DNA from: Ylistrum balloti
Taxonomy: Eukaryota
Length of the DNA stretch: 64,000 nucleotides
Direction: 5' to 3'
NCBI RefSeq assembly: GCF_031769215.1
Contig: NW_026782152.1
Span: forward strand, 62,001-126,000
Part shown: one piece after another, positions 25,155 to 39,033 of the stretch
Position numbering within the stretch: the stretch's first letter is position 1
Layout of the letters: every line of letters starts with the position of its first letter
Translations under genes and position numbers: made by a program
The notes under the pieces: model-generated
The model's database searches: none
The model's input: the letters and a program-made list of their open reading frames with translations, nothing else
Told to the model about the DNA's origin: nothing

Positions 25155-27699
25155 TGGCCATGTCATCAATGGCACTTGTGCAAGTGATCGTAGCTCTTAA
25201 CTCGGCTGATTTAAAAGTGAGAATTCACTTCCAGTATTGATCACCGTAAAGTGTTATGTTACGTTGTATGAGTCTGATTACTTTGATTGTGTATGGTAAA
25301 CTGGACTGAAATTGTACTGCAAAACTGTTACGGTTAATAAACAAGTTATGACTGTTGAGCGCTGCCTTGCGCGTGAGAGTTGCAGTTGTATATTCTAATA
25401 GAATTAGAGAGTACGATTAAGTATGTGAATGTGAATAACGTTTGATCAGTAAACAAAATAAGCAAGAGCAGGTGTGAAAAAGAGAGTTTTTAGGGGAGAT
25501 AGTGAGTAACAAAAACCTACACGTGCAGGTGTGAACGTGTGGCTGATTAGGAAGACGGCGAATAATTACGGTAGGGTCTCATTGTAAATTTCCCGTATCC
25601 AAGTAATCTAAACATTTCGTATCAATGGTCACGATTTTGGTTATGAGGTGACTGAATTCTGAGACAGGTGCTCTAGGAGCATGATGGACTTGAAACGATT
25701 ATGTTGCGTGACAGCTGATTGATTGTGAGTAGTTTGATTGTGAATCTGTTAGAGTGTGGCAGATATTGAGACTGACAAAAGAGATAACTGGATCACCAGG
25801 AAGACATCCTATTGTACTCGTAATGAGAATGATGTATATGAAATAATGTTGTTGATTTTATTTATTACAATTTATCTGTGATATAATTGTATTCATATAG
25901 GTTAATTATTCAAGTTGCTGAAAGCATGTTCCAATATGTTGACTTGCACTTTCAGTGTATTTTTTTTCGATATGTATTACTTTGATATGAGTGTTCTTGT
26001 TCATGCATCGTTTCCTCCCATATAATTCATATATCAGTTTATTGACAGCATAGTACTGCGAGTAATAGATTTTCGAACTGACACTTTTTGTGGTCTCTAG
26101 AATTAATGCATTATTTTAGAGATAAAGATAATAAAACAGTGTCATAACTTCAAATATTTTGAACTACTATTTGTTCATCTCAGTTTGGATGACGGAAAAC
26201 TTGGTTAAAGTCGTATTTGAATTTATCATTCAAATTTAATCTAGTCAGTGGTTCGTTTGATGACTAATGCTAATGACTAATGACTAATGTTCTGAGGGCT
26301 GGATATGAACTTGGGCTACAAATTAAGTTGAATATAGCTTCCTGTTTTTGTTTTTTGTTCCCCCTCCCCCACGAGATTTGAGTATTGATTTTTGTTCTGT
26401 TTAAATGCTCATGCTTGCCAACAAGCACAACATATGTCATACGTTAGAAAGAAATTTACTTTTTTTTTCAAACGTGACTCTTTTGATTAATACTATATCA
26501 TAAACTATATTTAACAACTTGCTGAAGCTATGAAATCGAATTAATGAAATGAACAAGACAAATCAGCAAAGATTCCGTGTATCAGGCGTTGAGTTTCAAT
26601 ACAAAGCACTAACGCCATTCAGAAGATGAAGAATATACATTTACCTGATGAGTATTACTCAGGTTCAGCTCTAGTAACTGTGGAATGTTAAATAGTGTTC
26701 ATATATGTTTATTCCTACTGCTTGAGACACAGGATGAGTCGTAGCCAATTTAAAATTGTTTACAATCAGACTGACTCATTTTGAAAATAAACTACATCAT
26801 GTTTAGTTGAATAATTCTCCATCACTGCTGTTATATTGATGGTACGACTGTCCTTTTTGTTTGCTTATTTTTAATATTTATTTTTGTGTGTCATTGATAC
26901 ATTGTTGATTTGATTAAAATGTTATTCATAGACAAAAAGATTCACAACGGTTTTATTTTTATCACATCTGTGAGGGCGTCTGTACTAATGTTCTTAAAAG
27001 TTTTAGTCTTGTCAGCTGGGGATATTTAAACTGAAAATAATGGCAACAGAAGTTATTATTTTTCACTTTTCATAATTTCATAAGTCTACCACAATCAACC
27101 TTGTTCAAATGTTGCTTTTTATTTTATTTTATTTTTTTTTATGTTTTTGTTTTTCTTCAGGCCTTTTAAAATCGAAAAAAAAATGCTGACATGAAATGCG
27201 CCAGTGATATGGTTCTCTGATTAATGGAAATAAAAGTTATGATAATATTTCTACAACAAATATTTCTTATCATTTTTGACAATAGTACAGAGTGAGGGGA
27301 GATAAGGGAGAGGTGTTATTTAGTAATCGGATTAAATTCGTTCAAGAAATAACGATATTTATTGTCCAAAATCATGGACTTTTTTTGTTCAGCAACATAG
27401 AATGTATTATTATTAAATAAATGATGCAAATAAGTGGTTGCACATACATAAATAAATATTTGCTTATACTTGTTCTCATCACACAGTTTTTAGAAACAGG
27501 TTCTTGCGTATTTATTTACTTTGACAAAAAGCAGCACGAAATCAGCACAACTGATTAATATTTTTCTTCATTTGAAAAGACACCAACATGCATTAACAAG
27601 TTAATAAGTACATAGATAACTCAATATTTTTTTCTCATTTTCTTCCTTTCCTGGAAAGACCACAATACATTTCCAAAAAATTAATTTTGGTACTTTTTT

Positions 27700-28495
27700 G
27701 CTGTTTTTAATTAAGGTATTCACCATTCGAATAAACTGAGAAATAACTTCTGTGGCAATTGTGGCCAGTTTTGGGCTTTGTCACTTGGATCTGTAAATTT
27801 GGTATTCAGATAACGTTGCAAATTTTTAGTCGGCTTTTTACCGTAAATCTGTTCATGGAGTTTCATAAAGCCGATGACGACTCTGTCATCTTCATCAGAT
27901 GGCGGTCCGTTGTTTATGCGTCTGTCCCAAAACAATTCATGTTATGGCCATTTCTTAAGAAGAATTAGAAGCTTTTTATCTTATTTAGGTTCTCCGCTTG
28001 TGCATTGTTAAATCTTCGGACTGATCCGAAATACAACAAGACCGACAGGCGCCTATCAAGAATTTTACAGTAATAGTTTGTCACTATTTCTGGCGAAGTG
28101 CTAAATGGATACTTCTCAAAATTTGATATGTATGTTCCCCTTGGTCCCTATTTTCTTATTACTATAATTTGTTTATGCTGACCAGAAAAACAAAACGGCC
28201 GCCTATAGATCGTTGTAGCTATTTCTTGGGGTCATTGGATGAATCTCTCGAAAGTTTTGTATTTTGGTTTCTCTTGGTCCCTAGTGGTGTCATTGAATTT
28301 TGAGTCTGCAAAGAAAACAAAATGGCCGACAGCCGTCCATCTTAGGTTTTGACGATCAAGGTCTTTTACTGCTATTTCTTGGCAAGTACTTGATGGATCC
28401 GTCACAAATTTCATATGTAGTTTCCTTTCTGTCCCTATTGATGACCAATCAATTTTCAGCCTACTAGAAATACCAAGACCTCTGGGATCCCATAT
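27700..28495 (-). repeat. HINE/Helentron-type repeat with degenerate internal subunits
   Basis: Recurrent aaaatggccg / atggcggtc / ggccgcc motifs. A GATCCCAGAGG head-like motif lies on the minus strand near 28490. Boundaries are approximate. Confidence 0.5.
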
Positions 28496-29691
28496 CTGTG
28501 ATTGATCACACTAAACACACTATAATACAGAATATCTTTATTTTTCTTTTTTCTTTCCTTTTCTTATAAAATACATGAAATATGACTATAAAGATAAATC
28601 CATTCATCATAACAAATAAAGATACTGAGCATTCTTGAACATGATAAACAACATTAAGATGAGGACAAAGTCATTCTTATCTACTTTACCGATCTGACGA
28701 CTAATGTACAAAAAGTACCCTTTTTAAGTAGTATGCAGATATTTTGTCTACAACAAAAAATATCAAAATTATAACTTTGTAACAATAGAATCATAATATG
28801 GCCTCACCTTTTCAAAAGCAACTTGTATGTTGTGGTCATGTGTAGGACACCTGGTAACTTTAATTGTACCTACATGTCCATACTTTCTCCCGAGACTTCA
28901 CACCTCAAATCTTTATGTAAAGAAAATATCCTCAAAATTGTCACATCATATACATTGTTTTTCTTACTGTGATAAAAGCTGCACATGACACCTTGTAACT
29001 TAAGTGTATATTCACATTCTTTCTCCTGAAAATTAACATCCGAAATCTTGACGTACAGACAACATCCTCTAAATAATAATATATAATTTTATTTTTTTTT
29101 CATTGTGATAGTTTCAAAATAAACTATTTTATGTAATCTATACAACTGCAATCTCGATGTATCATTTTTTTGCATTGCTTTATATCACATATTGCCCATC
29201 ATCAAAAGACAACATACATATATATCGGAAAATTGAAGAACATTGTGATAGAAGAACTAAGTAATATGCTTTTTCATGAAAATAACATTTCCTTAATACA
29301 CATGATCAATAATATATTATCATATCAGCATAAAAATTTAAGCATCATTTACCGTTTCCTCTGTAGGCTTAAAAAGATAGAAAAAGCAATTGAAATATGT
29401 TATAATGAGCAACATATCGTTGTCTATAGCATTTGAATATGTAGGACAGATACCTAATTACAGCCAATTAATTATTGAAATCAGCATTTGCAGTTTTTTG
29501 CAATTTGAACACCTGCCAAATATCAATTTACATGAGAATACAAAACGTGATCTGACTCTTAAGAAATCATATGAAAAGCTGACTGGTATACATTTAACAA
29601 TGACACAGATACAGGCACACTGGTGAGTTAGTCAAATATTCTATTTAATTCCATGAGGTAGTGAAACAAAATCTGTCACCTTCTGTCACTA

Positions 29692-30530
29692 AATAAGAGA
29701 TCCAAGAGTGACCTTGGTGCCTACTATTGTGTGATCTTTATTTGCTCTTTGAAAGTTGGATCTTTTCCTTTCTTTTTTCCTCTTTTCTCTGCTTTTGCTC
29801 TTACTGATAAGAAATTTACCTGCGAAATCCAAGACAATCGCCGGGAAGCCATTTTTTTTTCTGATCAGTTCCAAAAACACACAGGTACAAGTAGAGACCA
29901 AAGAGAACATACACTTGAAACTTGACAGAAATCCATTCAATATTTTATAAGAAATAGGGATAACAAACTTTACTAGGCGAAATCCAAGATGGCTGCCTGT
30001 CGGACATTTCGTTTTTCTGATCAGTCCCAAACTCAAACAGATACAACTAGGGATCAATGAAAACATACACATGAAACGTGAGAAAAATATATGCATTAAT
30101 ACTCTAGAAATAGTGGTACCAATCTTTCAAAGTGAAAATCCAAAATTGCCAAATGGGCACAACTAGGGACAAAGGGGCACCTATACATGAAATCTGAGAA
30201 AGGTCTATGCAGCGAGTTCTCAAGAAATAGCAAAGAACTCAAGAAATAGCAATAACAATCTTTTTGAATACCAAATCCAAGATGGCTACCTTGTTGGCCA
30301 TTTTGTTTTTCTGTTCAGACCCAAAATCAAGTGGGCACACCAAGGGACAAAATGGAATCTACATAGGAAATCTGGGAGAGATCTATCTTGTACTTCTCAA
30401 AAAAGAGTGATAACAAACTTGCACAGTCAAAATCCAATATGGAAACATGTCATCAATTTTATTTCTTGATAGTGATAACAAAAATTGTTTACCATCAGAC
30501 AGACAGACGGACCGATGGACCGTAAAACTG
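29692..30530 (+). repeat. HINE/Helentron-type repeat: AAGAGATCC head, tandem degenerate subunits, terminal (GACA/GACG)n
   Basis: Head reads aataagagatccaagagtgaccttgg. aaatccaagatggc-like units recur at about 29825, 29980, 30135 and 30275. cagacagacagacggaccgatggac lies at ~30496-30520. Confidence 0.65.
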
Positions 30531-31687
30531 AAGTAAATGTAGCTGACCTGTATGTCACATAACCCTGTACTCTTTCATATTAGATAATATCATACCATGA
30601 GTGTTTTGTTCAAAGAGACTGTAATATCCACAGTGCTACCTGACCACCTTAAAAAAATCTGTACAGTAGCTGTCTGTAATATTGAAACCACTTAGGATTT
30701 TATACCATAAACACATACCAACAAATGTACAGTTCAAGAAATTACTTAATTGATAAATAGGTTTTTATTGAGTAAGAAAATAAATATTGAAACATCTTAA
30801 GCCTACATCAATTCAAGCATGGAAACCAAAAATAACTTCAAGATCTTAGTAAAAACAAGTACTTAAATTATGACAAGATGCACACTAAATAAATAATGTT
30901 AAAATTAATTTAAATATGTTATGATAAAGAAGTAGTGCTTTTATGACATAATACTGGTGTAAAAATACTGTTGTTCATTCATACCATGTCAATGTACACT
31001 TAAATGAACATAGTTCAATGATTAATCAAGTATCAAAATATGTTATCTTTCATTGGATAGACAACATACAAAAAATATCAAAAATCTTTAACAAAATAAA
31101 TAATGTTACGCAGGATGCTAAATTATCAACCTGAAAACACTATCATCAACTTTATGTTTTTTGTTATTGCAACAAACAATCATACATTAAATAATTTCAA
31201 CAAAACAGAACTATTTTATAACTTGAATAAAATAAGACTAAAATGTATATTCTTTGTCAATGTGAAGAAAATAAACAGCTGGTTAACAGTTCAAACTTCT
31301 TTATGCCATTGCATTTTCATATGGATTTCATATTCTTATTTTCAGCACTGGTCCTCTCTCTTTCACTATATCAATCTATTCTGACACAATCAAATATCAG
31401 CTATGTGCATGTCTGTTTAAAATTTTTACATTATTTCATTATGTCAACTGGTACGGGCATATTTATTCTGTTTACTTTGTGAGCATCAGCTTTCAAGAAA
31501 GGTTTTAGTTGCTATCGGCTACCAAAAGAGGAGTAAAGGACAGCAAGCTAAGAATGTGGCATAGGAAAATAATTCACTAATATTTTGTTTCAAGCCTGCC
31601 TCAGTTTAAGCCTATCTTATTTATAATCATTGAAACAACCAGATATTTTTCTGTATACATAACATTACAAATGCTGCTTAGTTGGAA

Positions 31688-34600
31688 TCATTCAAGTAAA
31701 AATCTGCTGAGGAGAGGAAGATGGTCAGAGGGGTGGTTTTTACAAGGAAAAGTTCCTATCTGGTTGAGCTCTTTCTCTGACATGAGTCCCCAGCATCCCA
31801 ATAATGTTAAAGATCCTTCTTTGGCATCACCATTGTTGCGATTGTAAAAGATGAAATCCACAATCGAACTGTCATTTCCATGGTGTGTGGTCACTTCACT
31901 GGCAGATTTTCCCAGTCGCTCTATCCAGTGTCTGTAGCTGGACTTTAACACAAGATGATGCCACAGACATCCAGTGTCAAGACCCATCTCTGAGGTGATT
32001 CTTTGTATATCCCAAGGATTCTGTGCTGAAGAACTAGAAGGAAGTTCATTCTGACAGTGATCCTGTGAAGATGACTTTTGATTTGACGGTTGCATATCAA
32101 ACTGATTTTCTTTGTAATATGTGCAGTGGTTGGAGATATTTAATTCAAACGGGAGAAAATTTCTAGGCAGATACATATCCATTCCTCTTCTGCCTTCCGT
32201 TTGACCAGACATAGTCTTTGCTAGGAGTCCCTCAAATTGGATATATCCACTAGCCAGGAATTTGTATAACTTGCTTTTTGGCACCAAGTTAAAGTCACCA
32301 CAAACAATGGTGGGAATGTGAGTTTCTTCCCCTCTTGCAGTCACTGTGTGTGTCAATTTGTTAATCTCGGCCAGAAGAAGAACTATTTGTGCTAATTTGA
32401 CGTCTCCTCGTCTAGGATTAAAGAGAAGATGGGTATTAGCAACACAAACCTCGGTTGGATGTTTCTGCTGATTGACTGGTTGTAGCTTCATTATCATGGC
32501 CACATTGTCACGGTCTAGGATCCTGAACTGTCTGTAATAACACAAATGACTGCATTTGACCATTTTGAACTCACTGGTCTTGTAAAATGTAGCACAGCCA
32601 TCAAATTTGTCATCACCTGTCCTCTTCTGATACTCTCCCTTATAACCTGTTCAATACAAAATAATTGCATTTGATATTGATTTTAATATATGGTCTGAAT
32701 ATCTAAGATTTTTTTTAAAAGAACTGTTGGCTTTCATAATAAACAAGTTTTCTCACCAAGAAAGAATGAAGTCTCTGGTACTTTATACAATATCACTCTG
32801 ATCACAAACCAAAATAACAATGAAAACAAAACAGACTTCACTGCGGCATTTTACGTTTCAGAAAAATGAAGCAAATGATATTGAGCATAAAATGTTATTC
32901 ATGGTAATGAGAGTACATGATCTGATCCATTCATATGATGATACTTATTAATATTTTGCAACAAATTTTAAGGAAAATTACTAAACTGCTTATTGAAACC
33001 ATCATAAATGTACATGTAGGTAAACCAACTGACACTGCAGCAGAAATATTTTCAATTAAACTTACCTAATTTTGCCAGTTCAGGTGTGAAGAATGATTTG
33101 TAGTGTTCCTCGTTAACCTCTTGTAGACACAGAATCTGATAAAATAAAGAAACAAATGCCACTCAGCTGTGGTAATCCATAGAGATTTGGCGCAAAGTCC
33201 CAATCCACAGTCCACATTCGGACGATGGGCTGAGAATTGGAGCCAAATACCTGTGTGATAATCTTGGCCTTCCTCCCTGACCTTGAAAATCAACTTGGCC
33301 CTAATGCCTAATAAATGGCACAAGTTGTATTCAATTCATTTTCATTAAAACTAGTATTTTCCAGTGTCGCAAAAAAAAAAAAAAAAACCTTGATCTTGGA
33401 CCAATAACAACAGAGAACTTAATGTCAGAAACATCTCAGTGAAATCTCATCATAAGGTGGTGTCTTTGATATGTATTAACTATGTGACTTTGACCATCAC
33501 CTTGTTGGAGACATGTGTTATAATTACCTTGGGCCAAGAATCTGAGTGTGTGGTAAATTATGTGAAGTCTCAATAAAATAAGTACAGAGTAATTTCTCTG
33601 AATGTTGCAGAAAAAACAGCAGTTAGGTAACATTAAGTTCTTGTGACCTCAACTTTTGATATGTGACATTAACCTTGACACGTATCAGTACTGTTCTGGT
33701 ACCTAATCTATGATCTGAGAATCTTTTAAAGTTCAGTGAAAAACACTATCAATTACACTTATACAAGTGTAACAACTGCCTTTTATTCCCTCATTTTAAC
33801 CAGTTAATAAAATTTGGCATGACTTCAGTGTCCACAGAAAAATCAAACACCAGTAAGTTAAGTTCTTTGTAACATACAAAAGTACAGTTATCTGGTAATG
33901 GTATAAACAGAAACTATACCTCATGGTTGACTGAATATTATTTTATAGAATGACCAACAGCAGTAGGCAATCAGCAGCTATAAATAAAGTCTGTTGCAAT
34001 ACCGAAAGCCTTCGACAATGTCAAGGTAGATTCTATAAATATCCTGAAGTAACCTGTCGCTAATAATTATCCAATTTAAAGCAATATGTTAATAGTTCTT
34101 TAACATTATAATAATGAACAGAAACTTAGGCTATAAAAAGAATAATGCAACATATGTCGAAGTTTTATAATCTAGGCCTACTTTCAAAAGATAAGAAGCT
34201 TATTCATAAAAAGGTTGTATAACTCATTGTATCCTGAAAAAAATTAAACATTTTGATTTAAGTATCCGTTAAAATCCTACCAATTGTTTACAGCAAGTAT
34301 CATACAGTAGTATACTCATTAAGTCTTGTTTCAGCACTTTTCAAAATGAAAGTGATGTGCTAAAATATGATAGTATTAATTGCAATTTCATGCATAGTGC
34401 TTATTTGTAGCAATCCTTGTGGTTGCATAAGTTCATGAATATCTCAATTTTTCAAAAAAGTGTTTATTACAATATGCTAAATCTGATATTTTATGTATAA
34501 TGTTTTCAGTATTGTGTTAGCTTTTGTCATTAATCTTTAACTATTTGTGTTTTGTGATTTTGTATCCTGTGATTTTCTAGATTCTGGAGAAACATTAAAA

Positions 34601-37166
34601 TTGAAATGGTTTAAAACCTCATATTTTTTTTCTTGGGTTTACAATTACACTGACATCATAAATTAAAAGTAAAAAAAATAAAACTACACTTTGAATTTAC
34701 AGATCAGTAATAAAAATAAATTGTATGTATACACACATATACTTACATCAGGCAAATGTTCTTGAATCTCTCGAAGGAGAAGATGTTTCCGATAATTCCA
34801 TTGTAGATACTTTTCCTCTGATTTATAATACAAATACATGTTATCCTCCAGCAGGTTTTGGGCCAAAACATTATAGGACATGACTGTAAAGTCTGTGCCA
34901 TGATGCTGAAGACGGCCAGATAAACACTGCCTTCCAGTGGTAGTCCATTCCCATGTCCTTTTTGACTTGTAAGAAGGGTAATAAGGTACTTGGTCTTTGT
35001 CTTCTACAAAGATATATCATACCATGTATATTACAAATACGTCTGAATTAACATAGCAAATAAGACTGTTGAAAGCTTCAAGCTTCTCTCCTTTCTCATA
35101 TTGTACATTATACTCTGTTAGACTTTTAAATTATGTTTAAAAAGACCAAATTAGTAAGCGACAAATTTATTCAGTAATCTTAATACTAGTAGGATTTTTT
35201 TTTCTGGCAAGTTCAGATCATCATTTCCAAAATTTGATGAGTACAGTTGCAAGGAAATTTTATGGGTTTTCAATGATCACGAGTTCCCCAAGAAAAGTAT
35301 TTGACCAGGACTCAAATATTTGGGTTCCAAAGCTCACTGTCATTAGAACTGTTTCTTATGTCACACACTCAGATGGCACACAATAACTAAAAGCAACAAT
35401 CAACGGAATATGTTATTGCCTCATACATCGATTATCATATGGACAATACAATTTGGTTTCCAAATTTTTAATTATGCTAACCAGACCAAAAGGGAGTTTC
35501 GTCATTAGTTCCTACTTTCATTTACTACTTCATTTTTTTTTTTGACAAAATCATGTTTCATCCAAAAACTTAATTTGGTTTCTGTATACAATTAAAACAT
35601 TTAAATCCTATTTTACATTATTTCATACTGCCATCCTAGCATATTAGAATCCATTCTATTGATGATGATGAAACATAACCAGGAAGGCGAGATACCATAT
35701 CATGTGATAATTCATTATCTTCCCACAGAGGCCACCACAAAAATATCAAAAGTTTACTGTTATCATCACTAGTCAACCATCAATATCTCAAGTATTTGAT
35801 TTTTTAATTATCAAATCATTTAAGAGCTAGAAAGAAAAGAAACTGAGTATGGTAACTTTGGTATGTGATAACATCTCTTTTAAATGTCATTGTTTCAGGA
35901 CATATCCACAGTTTTGCATATACTATAATGCAGGGTTCAGGGCAGTGGAATAACCTGACACCTGAAATTCCTTCTTTATAAATAACAATCAACTCCATAG
36001 ACTGGCAATGCCCTGGAGTATCACAACTGGAAAATCTCCTGAGAAATTTTCAACAATTTTAGATAAAAAAAGGTAAAAACACATAGGAGTCTGTATGACT
36101 CTGAAAACTGGTCTGGACTGTTAAACTACATTGTACTCCAAGATGAATGCATCAAACTTCATCAACTGAGCTATATGTTCCATTTGACTCTTCAGTCTAT
36201 TTGTCCCCAGAAGGCTCCTGACCTAGCGATACTAAGTCCTTCAATTTAAGTCATCATCCAAACATTAAATATACTATGAAGAGCCAAATGCAGCACAGAT
36301 CACGTGATACAGGTGTAGGTAAGTTAGTAACAATTAGAAGTACTACAACCAAGTGAGGAAAATGCTAGTTAAATCAGACATGGACTGTATACAAATTGTA
36401 AGCTGTATTGATCTATGTTACTCCTAAAACATAAAAGGCTGCTGGTCAGCTGATTTTCTTTTCAACATCTTTGTGCTGACTGTGGAAATTTCAAGCTATG
36501 TAAATCTCTTACATTGTTGTTAGAATAAGATTATGGATATCCTTAACCAGTGGAGGTCGCTCTCATATATATATATAGGAATATATATATCAATTATATT
36601 TACTCTTTTCCTCTTTTAAGTCCCAACTTACCTTGACTTAAATCTTTATCCTCTGTTTTATGCTTCTTTGATGGGGGATTTAATGAACACTGCCTAGCTT
36701 TGTTTTCAATCTCACTAAATGATTCAAACTGTCTTGGGTAACTGGAATGAGAATCACTTTCAAATTGTTTAGAATCCTTTAGTCTTGCAAACAGTGACCC
36801 CATTGGGTTATTTGTCACCTGATTTACTGCAGAACTATCTAAATCTCTGAATGGCATAGATTTGTTTGTCTCTCTGTTATCACTAGTTCCTGTTAAATCA
36901 ATGACTACTGGGTTAACATTATCAACAGTTAAATCAATGATTGCTGGATCATCTTGACACATCTGCTCCCTTATCACATCCGTGAGTTGTGAACTAGTTG
37001 AACTGCTACCACTACAGTATCTCCTTTTCTGAGACTTTATACTTGAACTGCCATCTTCTGTCATCCCTCCTGCTTCATTGCTTTTTGCGTCCATAATACA
37101 GCTTCCATTTAGGACTAGCCTTGAAAACCTAGCAACAAGATTTTTCCTGTTTAATTTTGAAAGCAT
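31688..37166 (-). CDS. ANGEL2: Protein angel homolog (EEP-fold, CCR4 family; RNA 2',3'-cyclic phosphatase), 4 coding exons, 606 aa
   Basis: Exons 37166-36632, 35003-34747, 33135-33066 and 32646-31688 (1821 nt, phases 1, 0, 1). Motifs present: KRTWEW, FTVMSYNVLAQNLLEDN, ILCLQEV, DRDNV, CVANTHLLFNPRRGDVKLAQ, CGDFN, VDFIFY and PSDHLPL. Probably the single co-orthologue of ANGEL1 and ANGEL2. Confidence 0.93.
33330..33720. repeat. Degenerate HINE-type repeat in Angel intron 2
   Basis: Recurrent gtgac(c/t)ttgac motifs, the same family as the repeats at 44-45 kb and 52-53 kb. Boundaries are approximate. Confidence 0.4.
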
Positions 37167-38082
37167 TTCTCTGGATATGTTTGATAAACACAGTTATAAC
37201 ACACGTACTTTATGTTTTATATGAGACATACATGTTACCATGGACAGTATTATATCTAAAACCATGATGCAAGTTTTTGACATATTGAGATATTGTTACG
37301 TATGCGTGTAAATTTAGTTCGGTGAACGACACTACTCTAAGTAAAAATAACCTCGCTACTCTCGCCAATTTCCTCATCCTGAGGTATACTCCATATTTAG
37401 TAGTTAATTCAAAACGATTATTCCAGGCAATATGCCATCAGCTGTTTCACATGTGGTTTCTAAAATAGGCATTAGTTTGAGAAAGGTCAAGGTTACGAAC
37501 AAGCAATTTCATAACGAGGAAAGGCATTTATATAAGAAATAAAAATGTCCTAAAATATATCAATATATAATGGTAAAAGAATAATTACGGTATGTACTTA
37601 GTATATGTCTTCAACAAGTGCCGAAACAGTATAAACGATATCACAAGATGTGCACGCCTTTGTCATGGCGGATTCACGGTGTCGTTGACATTGCATAAGG
37701 TTTTCTGTTTAAGGGCGATAACTCTAATGATTTGTTCTACTTTCGGTTTGACTTCACACAAGCAAAAAATAAGAACACAACATGATTAGATTACTTTCAA
37801 ATTTATTTTTTTTCTATTGCATCGATTCCAAATATAAAAATGAGTTTTGTTTTAGATTAAGTTATAACTAATACATTTTCTAATGTCAGAAATTTTTTTT
37901 TTATTTCCATATTGATATTAAAAATAAAGATAAATTATATGTCTTTTCTTCTCCATCATCAGGACCTTAATTTTGAGTTAACATTGATAAGATTTAAGTA
38001 AACCACTAGCTTTGGCAAATAAATACTACATGCACACAAATCCTAAAGAAAGGTATATGTATGTTATACTGCATGCTGCTTC

Positions 38083-39033
38083 TTATGACTGTTTCTGTTT
38101 CTCCTGATAATTGTTGGTCACCAAATTGTAAACAAGCATGACTAGTTTATTCATCAAAATTTGAAATCCTGGTACATACAATTTCAGTTTTACCAAGAAC
38201 TTGAAAGTCATAATCCTAAGTTCATTAGCAATGGACTGGCGCTCCCTGTTTTGACCAAAGACATCATACATAAAATTAATCACAGCTTCTGGTGTGTACA
38301 ACCTCACTTTGTGCAATATATTCAGCCCATCTGTAAAAGCCTTGGCCATAAAATCAAAATCATCTGGTGGATGTTTCAATGCTTGTAACAAAACTTTATT
38401 TTTTATTTGTTCACAAATGGTATATGTTTCCAGGTAACCGTTTAAACAAATGTTGTTCTGGTCTGTTATTCCAAGATGAGTACCAATAAATCTCCAGAGA
38501 TAAACATAATCATCTAAATCGTTGACATTAGGTTGTATACCAAAATCTTGTGGATGTATAATGATAGCTGCAACAAAACCACTCTGTACCAATGACATAT
38601 CATATTGAGACAGGTACACTTTTTTATCTGTTTTCTGTTTGGTCATAACCTCTGCCACAACATCGTGCATTTTTCTAACCTTATCGAGAGATTTTCTAGC
38701 AGGAGAATCTGCATCACACAAGTCACTTAGATGCCATTTTATAACATGTACAAGGGTCTGAATATAACGATAAAGAGACTTTCTGGGTGTATCTGATGCA
38801 TTTGTAAACACCAAAGGCTCCAACAGATTGGAGACACTTAGTCCACACACTAGTGAACATAACATGGCAAATACGCAGCTGGAAATGTTTTTACGGAAGA
38901 ACAACTGTCCTCTCATTAATTTACTGGCATCACAATGCCTTGGATGGTTATGGGGCTCACTAATCTGGCCACAAGATGATGTGTGAGCTCCTTTCATAAG
39001 GAATTCCAAGTTTCTGAATTCACATCTCTCCAT
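38083..39033 (-). CDS. ER-bound oxygenase mpaB/mpaB'/rubber oxygenase (DUF2236) family protein, single-exon CDS, 316 aa
   Basis: Long uninterrupted ORF with family-like motifs: RGQLFF, PLVFT...S.TP.KSLYRY..T..HV..W, VRKMH (putative haem-ligand His), SQYDM.LVQSGF, LDDYVYLWRFIG.HLGI.D.NNIC. A splice acceptor just upstream (tttcacag at ~39075) implies a 5'UTR intron. Confidence 0.8.
   Translation of the reverse strand: MERCEFRNLEFLMKGAHTSSCGQISEPHNHPRHCDASKLMRGQLFFRKNISSCVFAMLCSLVCGLSVSNLLEPLVFTNASDTPRKSLYRYIQTLVHVIKWHLSDLCDADSPARKSLDKVRKMHDVVAEVMTKQKTDKKVYLSQYDMSLVQSGFVAAIIIHPQDFGIQPNVNDLDDYVYLWRFIGTHLGITDQNNICLNGYLETYTICEQIKNKVLLQALKHPPDDFDFMAKAFTDGLNILHKVRLYTPEAVINFMYDVFGQNRERQSIANELRIMTFKFLVKLKLYVPGFQILMNKLVMLVYNLVTNNYQEKQKQS

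Noticed and set aside
26644-26663. CCTGATGAG...CTCAGG, a partial hammerhead-like palindrome
   Set aside because: There is no GAAA half-core after the stem.
27720-30096. Short ORFs (60-135 aa) on both strands, and similar ones at 44090-44317, 52488-52903 and 56843-57245
   Set aside because: They overlap HINE-type repeats and have no recognisable domain or exon context.
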